The notes below the pieces were generated by a model. The model was given only the letters and a program-made list of their open reading frames with translations. It was not told the origin of the DNA and made no database searches. From positions 243 through 64,242 of the forward strand of contig CAXEMN010000009.1 in NCBI GenBank assembly GCA_963997415.1: 64,000 bases of DNA. Direction: 5' to 3'. Positions 18,637 through 26,833 of the stretch are shown one piece after another. A program made the translations under genes and the position numbers. Position 1 is the first letter of the stretch, and every line of letters starts with the position of its first letter. The stretch comes from an uncultured Candidatus Poseidoniales archaeon (GTDB lineage Archaea; Thermoplasmatota; Poseidoniia; Poseidoniales; Poseidoniaceae).

Positions 18637-19635
18637 ATGGCACATATCGCAATTCTTGGACTTGGAAACTGGGGGACTGCAATTGCCCGCATGTGGCTTG
18701 CTGATGGACATCATGTCAAAGGTTGGACCATTGAACAGGAAGTCTACGAAACGATCACAATGGAAGGTATCAACAAAAAATACCTTCCAAATCACCCCGT
18801 CGAGGGAATGGAAGCAACAATGCACATCGAAGAAGCACTCGACGGTGTTGAGATTGTTGTTCTCGCCGTCCCATCATCAGTCATCCTCGGTGTTGTCGAT
18901 CAGATCATCCCCCATCTTCGACCTGGACACGTGCTTTTGGACTTAGCAAAAGGCCTCGCACCGGGAAACCAACTCATTTCACAAGCGATTCACGAAAAAC
19001 TGCATGCTGCTGACAAAAACAATCCGTTGGCCGTCGTCACTGGACCAACGATTGCCCCAGAAGCTGCAGGAGGTGTCATGACCACGGCTCTTGTCGCAAG
19101 CGAAGACGTCTCTGTAGCCAAGCATTTAGCCTCAACCTTGACCACTCAAACCTTTATTCTCCACCCGGCTGCTGATCCTGCTGGTGCTGAATTATGGGGC
19201 GCGTTCAAGAACGTCGTAGCGCTTGCTTGCGGCCTTGTTGACGGCTTGAAACAGGTTGGAACCCTCGGCGGTGACAACCTCAAAGCAGCAATTTTCATGG
19301 CCGGTTTCAAAGAAGGGTGCTTGCTTCTTCCCAAACTTGGTGCTCGAGCTGAAGTGGCCTTTGGTCCTGCAGGCTTGGGTGATTTGTACGTCACAGCGAC
19401 TTCACCTCATGGCAGAAACCGGTCCATGGGCGAAAAACTTGGTACTGGCCTTACGCTTCAACAAGCCCTCGACGAGATGCACATGGTCGCTGAAGGTGTG
19501 CGCGCAGCCCAGATGTTCGGTGAACGGGCAGAGGCTTTGAACATTCAAATCCCATTCACAAAGGCCCTCAACACATTACTGGAAGGGTATATTGACGCCG
19601 AAGAGTGCTGCCGTCGCATGGTTGCTTTGCATTGA
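18637..19635 (+). CDS. gpsA: NAD(P)H-dependent sn-glycerol-3-phosphate dehydrogenase
   Basis: IAILGLGNWGTAIA Rossmann loop. VVTGPTIAPEAAGG, GAFKNVVALACGLVDGL, GLGDLYVTATSPHGRNRSMGEKLG, VAEGVRAA. Collinear with bacterial GpsA as recalled. ATG at 18637 (a TTG at 18628 is also possible). Confidence 0.85.
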   Translation: MAHIAILGLGNWGTAIARMWLADGHHVKGWTIEQEVYETITMEGINKKYLPNHPVEGMEATMHIEEALDGVEIVVLAVPSSVILGVVDQIIPHLRPGHVLLDLAKGLAPGNQLISQAIHEKLHAADKNNPLAVVTGPTIAPEAAGGVMTTALVASEDVSVAKHLASTLTTQTFILHPAADPAGAELWGAFKNVVALACGLVDGLKQVGTLGGDNLKAAIFMAGFKEGCLLLPKLGARAEVAFGPAGLGDLYVTATSPHGRNRSMGEKLGTGLTLQQALDEMHMVAEGVRAAQMFGERAEALNIQIPFTKALNTLLEGYIDAEECCRRMVALH

Positions 19636-19699
19636 AGTGCCCTGATTGTAGGTCTCAATCAATCGGTGTTGTTTTCATCTATGGCCTCGTGGCTGTAGC

Positions 19700-19915
19700 A
19701 TGGCCGAAGACCTAACTGAATTGGAAGCACGCATCTTTGAGTGGATTCGTCAATCTGATTTCGAAACAGTAGCATGGTCAACAGCAAAGGCTGCTCGCTC
19801 GTTCAAGGTCAAGCAAGACGAAGTCTACGAAGCGGTCGCAGCGCTGACCCGCAAGGTGCCAGATCGAATTCAAGTGTTCTACAAAGATGGAGCAGTTCAC
19901 ATCGCAGCTGAGTGA
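19700..19915 (+). CDS. small hypothetical protein (71 aa)
   Basis: ATG-initiated ORF in an otherwise empty gap. Helical-looking (LTELEARIFEWIRQS...EVYEAVAALTRK), possibly winged-helix-like. No motif-level support. Confidence 0.4.
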   Translation: MAEDLTELEARIFEWIRQSDFETVAWSTAKAARSFKVKQDEVYEAVAALTRKVPDRIQVFYKDGAVHIAAE

Positions 19916-19953
19916 ACTGATTATTCTCAGTTGAATCTTGAGTATGTGAACTA

Positions 19954-20814
19954 TCAAATTCCAAAATTCTTCAAGAGCATAAGCCATGTTGGCTTTCGTA
20001 CATCACCTTCTTCGTTGACAAACGAACGTACAGCCATTGAGAGCAAATCAATCACCACGACAACGATGAAAATCAAGATGAGCAGGGCCAGGACTTTGTC
20101 ATACTGCAAGAATTTCAGGTACGTGCTGATGTAGTATCCAATACCACCTGCACCTACAATACCGATCACGGTTCCATGCCTGACGTTGTATTCGAACATG
20201 AACATCAATTGGCTCAGAAGATGGTTACTGTTTTCTGGAATGACGATGTTGAGGAGAATGCTGGAACGGCCAAGCCCCATTGCTCGACCTGCTTCAAGAG
20301 GATCGTTCGGCATGCCTTCAAAGACTTCATATTGCAATTTCCCTAGATAGCCAATAGTGTAGAAGGTCATGGCTAAAACGCCAGATAGAGGCCCAAAGCC
20401 GATGACGATCACGAACAATATGGCCCAAATAAGACTGGGTAAACTGCGCACAGCCGAAAGGAACACCCGTGCCGGAAGAGCAATCGAAAGAGGCATAAGA
20501 TTTCGCGCAGCAAGTGATGAAAAGAAGATAGCCCCAATGAATCCTAGAATGGTGGAGACGAATGCGATTTTCAGAGTTTCCATCATGCCGAGGTAGCCGA
20601 CCGAACAAAAGAACTCAATGTCTTGCTCACACACGGGATAGGATCGAGCCTCTAGTACACTCCAATTTGGTGGCCACATGCTTTCAGAAAAAAAGACGCT
20701 TAGGTTTGATAAGCCCCCTTCCAAACGACCCCAATCTCCTTCGACAAGACCGTCAAGCGTACGCCAGGCCAAGAAAAAGAGAAGAACCACGATACCATAT
20801 AATCGGTATTTCAT
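19954..20814 (-). CDS. ABC importer permease, PhnE-like
   Basis: Permease with EAGRAMGLGRSSILLNIVIPE (EAA-loop region) and the PhnE-typical VIGIVGAGGIGYY block. The ATG at 20814 forms an ATGA overlap with the ATPase stop. Confidence 0.8.
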   Translation of the reverse strand: MKYRLYGIVVLLFFLAWRTLDGLVEGDWGRLEGGLSNLSVFFSESMWPPNWSVLEARSYPVCEQDIEFFCSVGYLGMMETLKIAFVSTILGFIGAIFFSSLAARNLMPLSIALPARVFLSAVRSLPSLIWAILFVIVIGFGPLSGVLAMTFYTIGYLGKLQYEVFEGMPNDPLEAGRAMGLGRSSILLNIVIPENSNHLLSQLMFMFEYNVRHGTVIGIVGAGGIGYYISTYLKFLQYDKVLALLILIFIVVVVIDLLSMAVRSFVNEEGDVRKPTWLMLLKNFGI

Positions 20815-21497
20815 TCCTCTTCCCCCTTTAGCGAGTGAATCTCCCACTCTTCGATGGACATGTCATAGAAGCACTTGTCCTTGATTTCCCACACACGGGT
20901 TGCAAATTCCTTGGCATTGTCTTCGTGATGTTCAACCATAATCACAGCAGTTCCTTTGCTTACAAGCCCCTGTACTGCGCCCAAAACGATATCCACATTA
21001 TGCTGATCCAATTCTCCAAGGAATTCATCTGCAAGCATTAATTGAGGGCGTTGAGCCAAGGTCCTCGCTGTCGCCACACGCCGTTGTTGCCCGCCGGACA
21101 ATCGACGCACAGGTTCTGAGGCCTTTTCCTCAATCCCAAGCGTACGAATCGCATCATATGTGCGTTCTTTCCGCTCTTTGAACATCGTTCTTGACCAAGG
21201 AATGTTCAGCCTCGCTCCTAGAGATACATTGTGAGCGACCGTAGCGTGTCGAACCAGTCCAAGCCGCTGTGGGATGTACCCCAAACCCCCTCGGCGTTCA
21301 ACATGAAGATCAAAATCACCTTCCAACGGCCGAACGAGCCCCGCGATGGTACGAACAAGTGTGGTTTTACCAATCCCAGAAGATCCAAGGATGGCAATGA
21401 TTTCTCCCGGCCTGACCTCCAGCGTAATCGGTTTACAGAGAGGCTCATTGTAGCCAATCACAAGACCATTCAGGGATAAGATGGCGTCGTCACTCAT
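20811..21497 (-). CDS. ABC importer ATP-binding protein, PhnC-like
   Basis: Walker A GSSGIGKTT, signature LSGGQQRRVATARTL, Walker B LMLADEFLGELD, H-loop VMVEHH. Confidence 0.88.
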   Translation of the reverse strand: MSDDAILSLNGLVIGYNEPLCKPITLEVRPGEIIAILGSSGIGKTTLVRTIAGLVRPLEGDFDLHVERRGGLGYIPQRLGLVRHATVAHNVSLGARLNIPWSRTMFKERKERTYDAIRTLGIEEKASEPVRRLSGGQQRRVATARTLAQRPQLMLADEFLGELDQHNVDIVLGAVQGLVSKGTAVIMVEHHEDNAKEFATRVWEIKDKCFYDMSIEEWEIHSLKGEEE

Positions 21498-21516
21498 AGC
21501 ATCCCCTCTGTTGACC

Positions 21517-21594
21517 CTACAAGCGGGTCTTTTTCAAACGGTTGGAGCCCAACTCAACAAAACCGTTGAGCTTCATGTTTGATTTTTGCGTCAT
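21517..21594 (-). CDS. possible 25-codon small ORF between binding-protein and ATPase genes
   Basis: Minus-strand AAGGAGG-CGCTC-ATG (canonical SD with 5-nt spacer), then MTQKSNMKLNGFVELGSNRLKKTRL and TAG. No other support. Confidence 0.25.
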   Translation of the reverse strand: MTQKSNMKLNGFVELGSNRLKKTRL

Positions 21595-21618
21595 GAGCGC
21601 CTCCTTAGATGTCGACGA

Positions 21619-21653
21619 AGCAATCCACCGTTGGGTGAGGCGACTGGATTGCT
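21619..21653 (-). terminator. intercistronic stem-loop downstream of the binding-protein gene
   Basis: AGCAATCCA (21619-21627) and TGGATTGCT (21645-21653) form a 9-bp inverted repeat with a 17-nt loop, about 40 nt after the stop at 21693-21695. Function as attenuator or mRNA stabiliser is inferred. Confidence 0.3.
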
Positions 21654-21692
21654 CCGCCGACGGTTTTCATTCAAGGAAGACACCTTGCGAAT

Positions 21693-23807
21693 TCACTCCG
21701 TAATTTCATACTTCGAGTCGAAGTAGGAAGAAATACCAGGGATTGCACTGATGAGGCTACTGTAGCTGCCAAGGTGTTCTTGGGAGTTCACCTCGACCAA
21801 TCCACCTGTGTTCAACACGTTGGACAAGATTTGATCGCCGCATACCTCCACAGGGGACGTGGAGTCGACTTGCTGAGTGACCATAGAGTAGCAGCCAGTG
21901 TAATTCTGACCCTGGATCGGGTAATCTTCAACGTACATTTCATCGTTCAACGCTAACAAAGCATTGAGAATTGCGGTTCTTGTTTGGACATCAAGCGTCG
22001 CTGGATTGTACATCACAGGATGAGAAGGTGCAGAACCGTACGAGGGGAGAAGAATGTATTCAGATTCTGGCAAACACCAATCGGCGTTGTCACTGGAATC
22101 TTCATTCCCACAGTAGGAAGCAATTGTTGAATCCTTGGCAAAGGCCACATCACCGACACCTTCGGTCAAGCACTTTACTGCGCCAGAGTAGGAGTAGTAG
22201 GGGGTGCCAGAGTCAGGAATGCTTGCGTTCTCGTTGAAGAATGAGGTGATGGTATCTCGAAGTGATTCAATATCATCTTGTGGCCCAACAACAGGAGCAT
22301 AACCTTGAGAGATCAAGTGACCCATCGGAAGAAGCATTCCGGCGGATTTGAGCCATCCTGTGTGGCAGGAGGTTTTTCCTTCCATCATGGCGAAAGGATC
22401 GGTTGATGAATCGTCATCGAGGTAGGCATTGGCAATATCAGAACCATTGAGCACAACAGCGTGAGCATCGTAGTGTGTTCGTCCATCCGACTTCAAATCG
22501 GCAGCCATGGCTGCGAGTCCGTACTCTTTCCAGCCGACCCAAGCAGCACCGCCGTCCATGAACGCAATATCTGCATTACCAAAGCGAAGAGCTTCGATGA
22601 TGGCGCCTTCTGAAGCAACCGGATACAGCGTCACAGTGACCCCGGTTTGTTCTGCAATAAAATCAGCCAAAACTTGAGGGTTTTCGGCTGGATTGACGTA
22701 ATCATCTTTCATTTCGAAAGCAATTCTTATGTTCGAAATTGTTGGCTCAACTGAATCGTTGATCGAGAATTTTGTGTCATAATATGCGGAAATACCTGGG
22801 ACATCTTCAATCAAATTGCCATATGAAGAGAGATGATCTGCTGCAGTTGTTGCGGAAATAGCAGGTGTGTTCAACACATTTTCAAGGATGGATTGGCCGT
22901 CTTCTGTGTTTTTCATGTCCACAAGCACCTCTTGGACAAGCGTCATTGTGCTTGCATCCGAGGTTGCTGGATTGTACATCACAGGGTGAGACGGTGCGTT
23001 TCCGTAGGAAGGAAGTAAGACATAGTCGGATTCTGGCAAGCACCATGCTTCATTTGTCGTTGGATCTTCATTACCGCAATAAGATGCAATCGTGGAGTCC
23101 TTTGCAAACGCTACGTCGCCAACGCCCTCAGAGAGGCACTTCACTGCGCCGCTGTACGAGTAGTATGGAGTTCCCGAGTCGGGGATGCTTGCGTCCTCAT
23201 TGAAGAAGTTGGTAATGGTTGAGCGCAATGATTCAACATCATTTGCATCACCGATTACGTTCGCGTATCCATTGCCGATGAGGAAACCCATTGGAAGGAG
23301 CATCCCCGCTGATTTGAGCCACCCTGTGTGGCATGAGGTTGTTCCAGCCATCAAGGAAAATGGGTCTGTTGCTGGATCATCATCAAGGTGGGCTTGGGCA
23401 ATTTCTGAATCTTTGAGCACAACGGCATGTGCGCTGTAGTATGTTCTTCCATCGGATTTTTGATCGGCTGCAAGAGCATCGAGGCCATACTGTTGCCATC
23501 CAACCCACGCTGCCCCGCCATCCATGAAGGCAATGTCAGCGTTTCCAAAACGAAGAGCTTGCAGTGCGGCACCTTCTGAATCGATTGGATAAAGTGAAAC
23601 GTCCATGTTGAGAGCTTCACCGAGATAGTCAGCAAAACGTTGAGGGTTTTCGTCAACATTGGTATAATCGTCTTTGAGGCTAAAGGCAACCACGAGCGAT
23701 TCAAGATTCGAATCGTTCGAGGTGTCCTCACCACCGAGGCACCCTGCGAGGGCGGTCGTTCCAATCAATAGGCTCATTATCAGGCATTTTGCAATTTTGT
23801 TGTTCAT
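21693..23807 (-). CDS. bilobal transferrin-family substrate-binding lipoprotein
   Basis: Signal peptide with lipobox (LIGTTALAGC). Two homologous ~320-aa halves. Each half has ADIAFMDGG, RT(Y/H)Y.AHAVVL, TSCHTGWLKSAGMLLPMG, NFFNE.ASIPD, PYYSYSGAVKCL.EGVGDVAFAKDSTI and APSHPVMYNP, matching serotransferrin blocks as recalled. Confidence 0.85.
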   Translation of the reverse strand: MNNKIAKCLIMSLLIGTTALAGCLGGEDTSNDSNLESLVVAFSLKDDYTNVDENPQRFADYLGEALNMDVSLYPIDSEGAALQALRFGNADIAFMDGGAAWVGWQQYGLDALAADQKSDGRTYYSAHAVVLKDSEIAQAHLDDDPATDPFSLMAGTTSCHTGWLKSAGMLLPMGFLIGNGYANVIGDANDVESLRSTITNFFNEDASIPDSGTPYYSYSGAVKCLSEGVGDVAFAKDSTIASYCGNEDPTTNEAWCLPESDYVLLPSYGNAPSHPVMYNPATSDASTMTLVQEVLVDMKNTEDGQSILENVLNTPAISATTAADHLSSYGNLIEDVPGISAYYDTKFSINDSVEPTISNIRIAFEMKDDYVNPAENPQVLADFIAEQTGVTVTLYPVASEGAIIEALRFGNADIAFMDGGAAWVGWKEYGLAAMAADLKSDGRTHYDAHAVVLNGSDIANAYLDDDSSTDPFAMMEGKTSCHTGWLKSAGMLLPMGHLISQGYAPVVGPQDDIESLRDTITSFFNENASIPDSGTPYYSYSGAVKCLTEGVGDVAFAKDSTIASYCGNEDSSDNADWCLPESEYILLPSYGSAPSHPVMYNPATLDVQTRTAILNALLALNDEMYVEDYPIQGQNYTGCYSMVTQQVDSTSPVEVCGDQILSNVLNTGGLVEVNSQEHLGSYSSLISAIPGISSYFDSKYEITE
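21696..22736 (-). repeat. C-lobe of intragenic tandem duplication (aa ~358-704)
   Basis: See N-lobe. Carries an extra ~40-aa C-terminal extension (Cys-containing YTGCYSMVTQQVDSTSPVEVCGD). Confidence 0.8.
22758..23702 (-). repeat. N-lobe of intragenic tandem duplication (aa ~36-350)
   Basis: Aligns block-for-block with aa ~358-704 of the same ORF. Similarity is also visible at DNA level, e.g. around 23180-23230 versus 22215-22265. Confidence 0.8.
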
Positions 23808-23820
23808 TCGAATCGCTCCG

Positions 23821-23874
23821 GTTTAGGCCGCCCTAAAAGTCCACCATACATATAGTTTAGGCCACCCTAAAAGT
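23821..23874 (-). promoter_or_regulatory. two 20-bp operator-like repeats flanking a TATA-like element upstream of the transferrin-like gene
   Basis: GTTTAGGCCGCCCTAAAAGT (23821-23840) and GTTTAGGCCACCCTAAAAGT (23855-23874) differ at 1 position. Each contains the palindrome TTTAGG-N4-CCTAAA. ACATATA (23848-23854) lies between them, about 44 nt upstream of the ATG. Confidence 0.5.
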
Positions 23875-23908
23875 TACAATCTAGGCTAAAAAATGGAGGC
23901 TGCGAGCA

Positions 23909-24808
23909 TTATGCAGAAAGCCAATCGAGAACCAAGGATTCAGCGAAACGATCCGAGGACAGGCCAGGATGGAGCAGGGGTCGCACCACGACCAGCAACT
24001 GCAATTCTCCACCAAAACTGGCTTTGGCCACGCATAGAACTTCACCTACGCGCGTACCATCTTCTGAAGTGCTAAGTAAACTACGCAATTCAAAGACTCG
24101 GATTTCAACACGCTCATCCACATTTACAGAAGTAGAGGCATACCGGTGAGTGTTCTCTGTTGAAACCCGAACGAGACTCATTTCATCCGGATCAAGTGTA
24201 GGACCTGCAGTTTGTTGGTCCAATAATTCAATCGCTTGACGCATTCGATCGGTTTCCATCCCGAACCATGAAGCGAGATCGAGGGCAGTTGATGGCGCAC
24301 CCCAGGCACCATACTGATAGGGCAGTCGCATGCTGATCGATTGAACAATTTCAACCTCGAAACCAGCTTCTTCCGGCAGCATGAGCCACGTGTACTGTTG
24401 ACTTGCGGGATAGATCGGTGCATTCGGGTTTTCTTTCAACAATGGTTCACCCCATGATTCTGGAGCAACAGGTTCCTGCACGGGCACACAGCCGCCAAGA
24501 ACAATCATGGCCACCACACATAGACAAAGAGTGATTCGTGCCTTTTTGTGATCTTTCCAATCCTGTCGACCCGCTGGACTGAGCACTGACAAGACAAAGA
24601 TGAGTGGCAAAAGAAGCAGAAGGCCCCAAGGGACCAGCCAAAGCAGAACGAGACCGATGAGGGCCGTTTCAAGCCCCAATGGTCCAAAGATGACGCGAGG
24701 TGAATGGTTTGGGTCATCGACCTCAAGGGACCTTCGGAGCCACCAAAGGGCGATGAAAACCCCGCACAAGGCCAACATCGTTGGAACAAAGTTCCACAAT
24801 TGGCTCAT
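23909..24808 (-). CDS. hypothetical membrane protein with internal lipobox-like segment
   Basis: Two or three N-terminal TM helices, then KKARITLCLCVVAMIVLGGC (signal/lipobox-like), then a ~190-aa soluble domain. No family recognised. Confidence 0.5.
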   Translation of the reverse strand: MSQLWNFVPTMLALCGVFIALWWLRRSLEVDDPNHSPRVIFGPLGLETALIGLVLLWLVPWGLLLLLPLIFVLSVLSPAGRQDWKDHKKARITLCLCVVAMIVLGGCVPVQEPVAPESWGEPLLKENPNAPIYPASQQYTWLMLPEEAGFEVEIVQSISMRLPYQYGAWGAPSTALDLASWFGMETDRMRQAIELLDQQTAGPTLDPDEMSLVRVSTENTHRYASTSVNVDERVEIRVFELRSLLSTSEDGTRVGEVLCVAKASFGGELQLLVVVRPLLHPGLSSDRFAESLVLDWLSA

Positions 24809-24898
24809 GGAGGTTGTAACGCCTCAGTGGTGAAGAGGGTTGGGGTTCAATCGCCGTTGGAACGGTATGTTGTCAAGTCATGACCTCGTCGCCGTACC

Positions 24899-25918
24899 AT
24901 GGAGGAGGGGGTTTTGCAACTCAAAGGCGTCACTTTTCGCCATAAAGTGAGTTCACCTGAACCGTTTCGGCCATGGAAGAAGCGTCTTGGCCCTGGCGTG
25001 TTTGAAGTGTCATTGAGCCTTCACAAAGGCGAAATTCTCGGACTTGTTGGCCCAAACGGTGCTGGAAAAACAACACTGCTCCGCACTATTTCGGGTATCC
25101 TTCCAATACAAAGTGGTCAATTTATTCAAGGGGATGTTGAACAATCTCAACCATTGGCGTCAACAGATCTGCGGGGTCTGGTTGGCCATATGCCTGAGCA
25201 AGTTCGTTGGCAAGGCCAACAAACAGTTCATGATGCCCTGATGGAACTTGCAGAAATGCGTGGAGCAACGGAAAAGAGAGTCAACAACCTTCTCAAGTTG
25301 GTTGGTTTGTCTGAGCGCCACGACACTTCGCTGAGCGGATTGAGCCAAGGCATGCGTCAACGGCTTACCCTTGCTGCTTCTTTGCTTGGTTCTCCAAAGT
25401 ACCTCATGCTCGATGAACCATTGAATGGCTTAGATCCAGTCGCAGCAACTGCTTTTGTCAACCTGCTTCATCAATTGAAAGAGAAAGGCGTCTCAATCGT
25501 CATTTCTTCACACCAAGTCGAGGGGCTGCAAGCCATTACCGATCGCATTGCATTGATGCACCGTGGACAAATGCTGGCGTGCGGTAGCATTGAATCGATT
25601 GCAAAATCGCTCGATTTACAAACAAAAATCAACGTTTCAGGTGAAGGTCCCGCCCCCGATCTTTCGTGGTGCGAAACGATTGACTCAAAGGTGGAGGTTG
25701 ATGCATCGACGTGGTCGGTTCAATTGCTCGACGATGGAACGACTACAATGGAAATGTTCCTCGAAAAAGGTATTGGAATCAAGGCTTGGACGCCCCAGCA
25801 CCCAGGCATTGTTGAGATGCTTTGCGCTGCAACTGGCATGAACATCGAAGAGGTTGGACTTGACATTGCTTCGCCCTCACTTTTGCCTCACAGGCGAGTC
25901 GGTGGTGAAGAAGAATGA
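24899..25918 (+). CDS. ABC transporter ATP-binding protein (ABC-2/CcmA-like) with ~100-aa C-terminal extension
   Basis: Walker A GPNGAGKTTLL, signature LSQGMRQRLTLAASL, Walker B LMLDEPLNGLD, H-loop ISSHQ. Confidence 0.88.
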   Translation: MEEGVLQLKGVTFRHKVSSPEPFRPWKKRLGPGVFEVSLSLHKGEILGLVGPNGAGKTTLLRTISGILPIQSGQFIQGDVEQSQPLASTDLRGLVGHMPEQVRWQGQQTVHDALMELAEMRGATEKRVNNLLKLVGLSERHDTSLSGLSQGMRQRLTLAASLLGSPKYLMLDEPLNGLDPVAATAFVNLLHQLKEKGVSIVISSHQVEGLQAITDRIALMHRGQMLACGSIESIAKSLDLQTKINVSGEGPAPDLSWCETIDSKVEVDASTWSVQLLDDGTTTMEMFLEKGIGIKAWTPQHPGIVEMLCAATGMNIEEVGLDIASPSLLPHRRVGGEEE

Positions 25919-26745
25919 ATGACAGGCAACGGATTTTCGCCCTCGCCCGTCGAGTCTTCAACGGACGGTTTCGATCGACAAGGATGTACATCATGCTTCC
26001 AATTCTCATTCTCTTCATTCCTGGAATGGCATGGGGGTTTTCTGACCCTGACATCATTTTACCCGGCGGCCATCAACCAGACAGCCCCATGGAAGTGCTG
26101 TTTTATGCAAGCTTAGGTGTCGTTTTTGGCGCCACAATGTGTGCTGTATTACTGGCGTTTGATGGGGTCAGCAAGGACAGAGCGAGTGGCGTCTTTGAAC
26201 TCCGATTGGCTCAACCCATGCCCCGGCACCACCAAGCGTTAGCTCTTCTGTTTGGCACATGGCAAGCCATCTTCGTACCGGTTGCGGTGTTGATTGGACT
26301 CTCTGTGGTTTTGATCCGATACCGTTTGGGTGAATGGGCAGCCTTTGGCGACGTGATGGTCCACCTTGGAGCGACTGCTCTGATTTTGTATTGGTATGTT
26401 GTCTTCACATTACTTGCATCTTCGAGAACGAAAGATCAGGGTACGGCGATTGCTTTTGGAATTGGCATGTGGTTCTTGTTCACCTTCTTATGGGCCTTGG
26501 TAACCACCATGGTAGCCTATGCCTCAGGCGTGGCAATCGGTGAACAAAATGACGCACAATGGGTCGCGCTCGAGGGAGCTTTTGATTTGCTTTCCCCGAA
26601 TGGTGTCTATCACCATCTGCTCGAGACCAGACTTGTTGAGATCGACCGTGGCATCTCTGACTGGCAGTCGTGGTCAATGGCGATGGTGTGGACCGTTCTG
26701 CCTACATGGTGGTTCATTCGAAGAATGGATGAATTGCAGCCATGA
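25915..26745 (+). CDS. ABC-2-type transporter permease
   Basis: ATGA-coupled to the ATPase. Six hydrophobic segments. No EAA loop, which is consistent with an exporter-type ABC-2 permease. Confidence 0.6.
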   Translation: MNDRQRIFALARRVFNGRFRSTRMYIMLPILILFIPGMAWGFSDPDIILPGGHQPDSPMEVLFYASLGVVFGATMCAVLLAFDGVSKDRASGVFELRLAQPMPRHHQALALLFGTWQAIFVPVAVLIGLSVVLIRYRLGEWAAFGDVMVHLGATALILYWYVVFTLLASSRTKDQGTAIAFGIGMWFLFTFLWALVTTMVAYASGVAIGEQNDAQWVALEGAFDLLSPNGVYHHLLETRLVEIDRGISDWQSWSMAMVWTVLPTWWFIRRMDELQP

Positions 26746-26833
26746 TGGTTTCATGGGACTCACTGTACAACTGCCACAAAAACCTTGATTCGAAGGCGAA
26801 GTCTCTTTGAGACAAGACCGCACCGCAAAGAGC

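Noticed and set aside
23821-23874. Assigning the palindromic repeats specifically to a DtxR/IdeR iron box because of the TTAGG...CCTAA arms.
   Set aside because: The arms are separated by 4 nt here, against 9 nt in the 19-bp DtxR/IdeR consensus as I recall it. The geometry does not match, so the regulator identity is left open.
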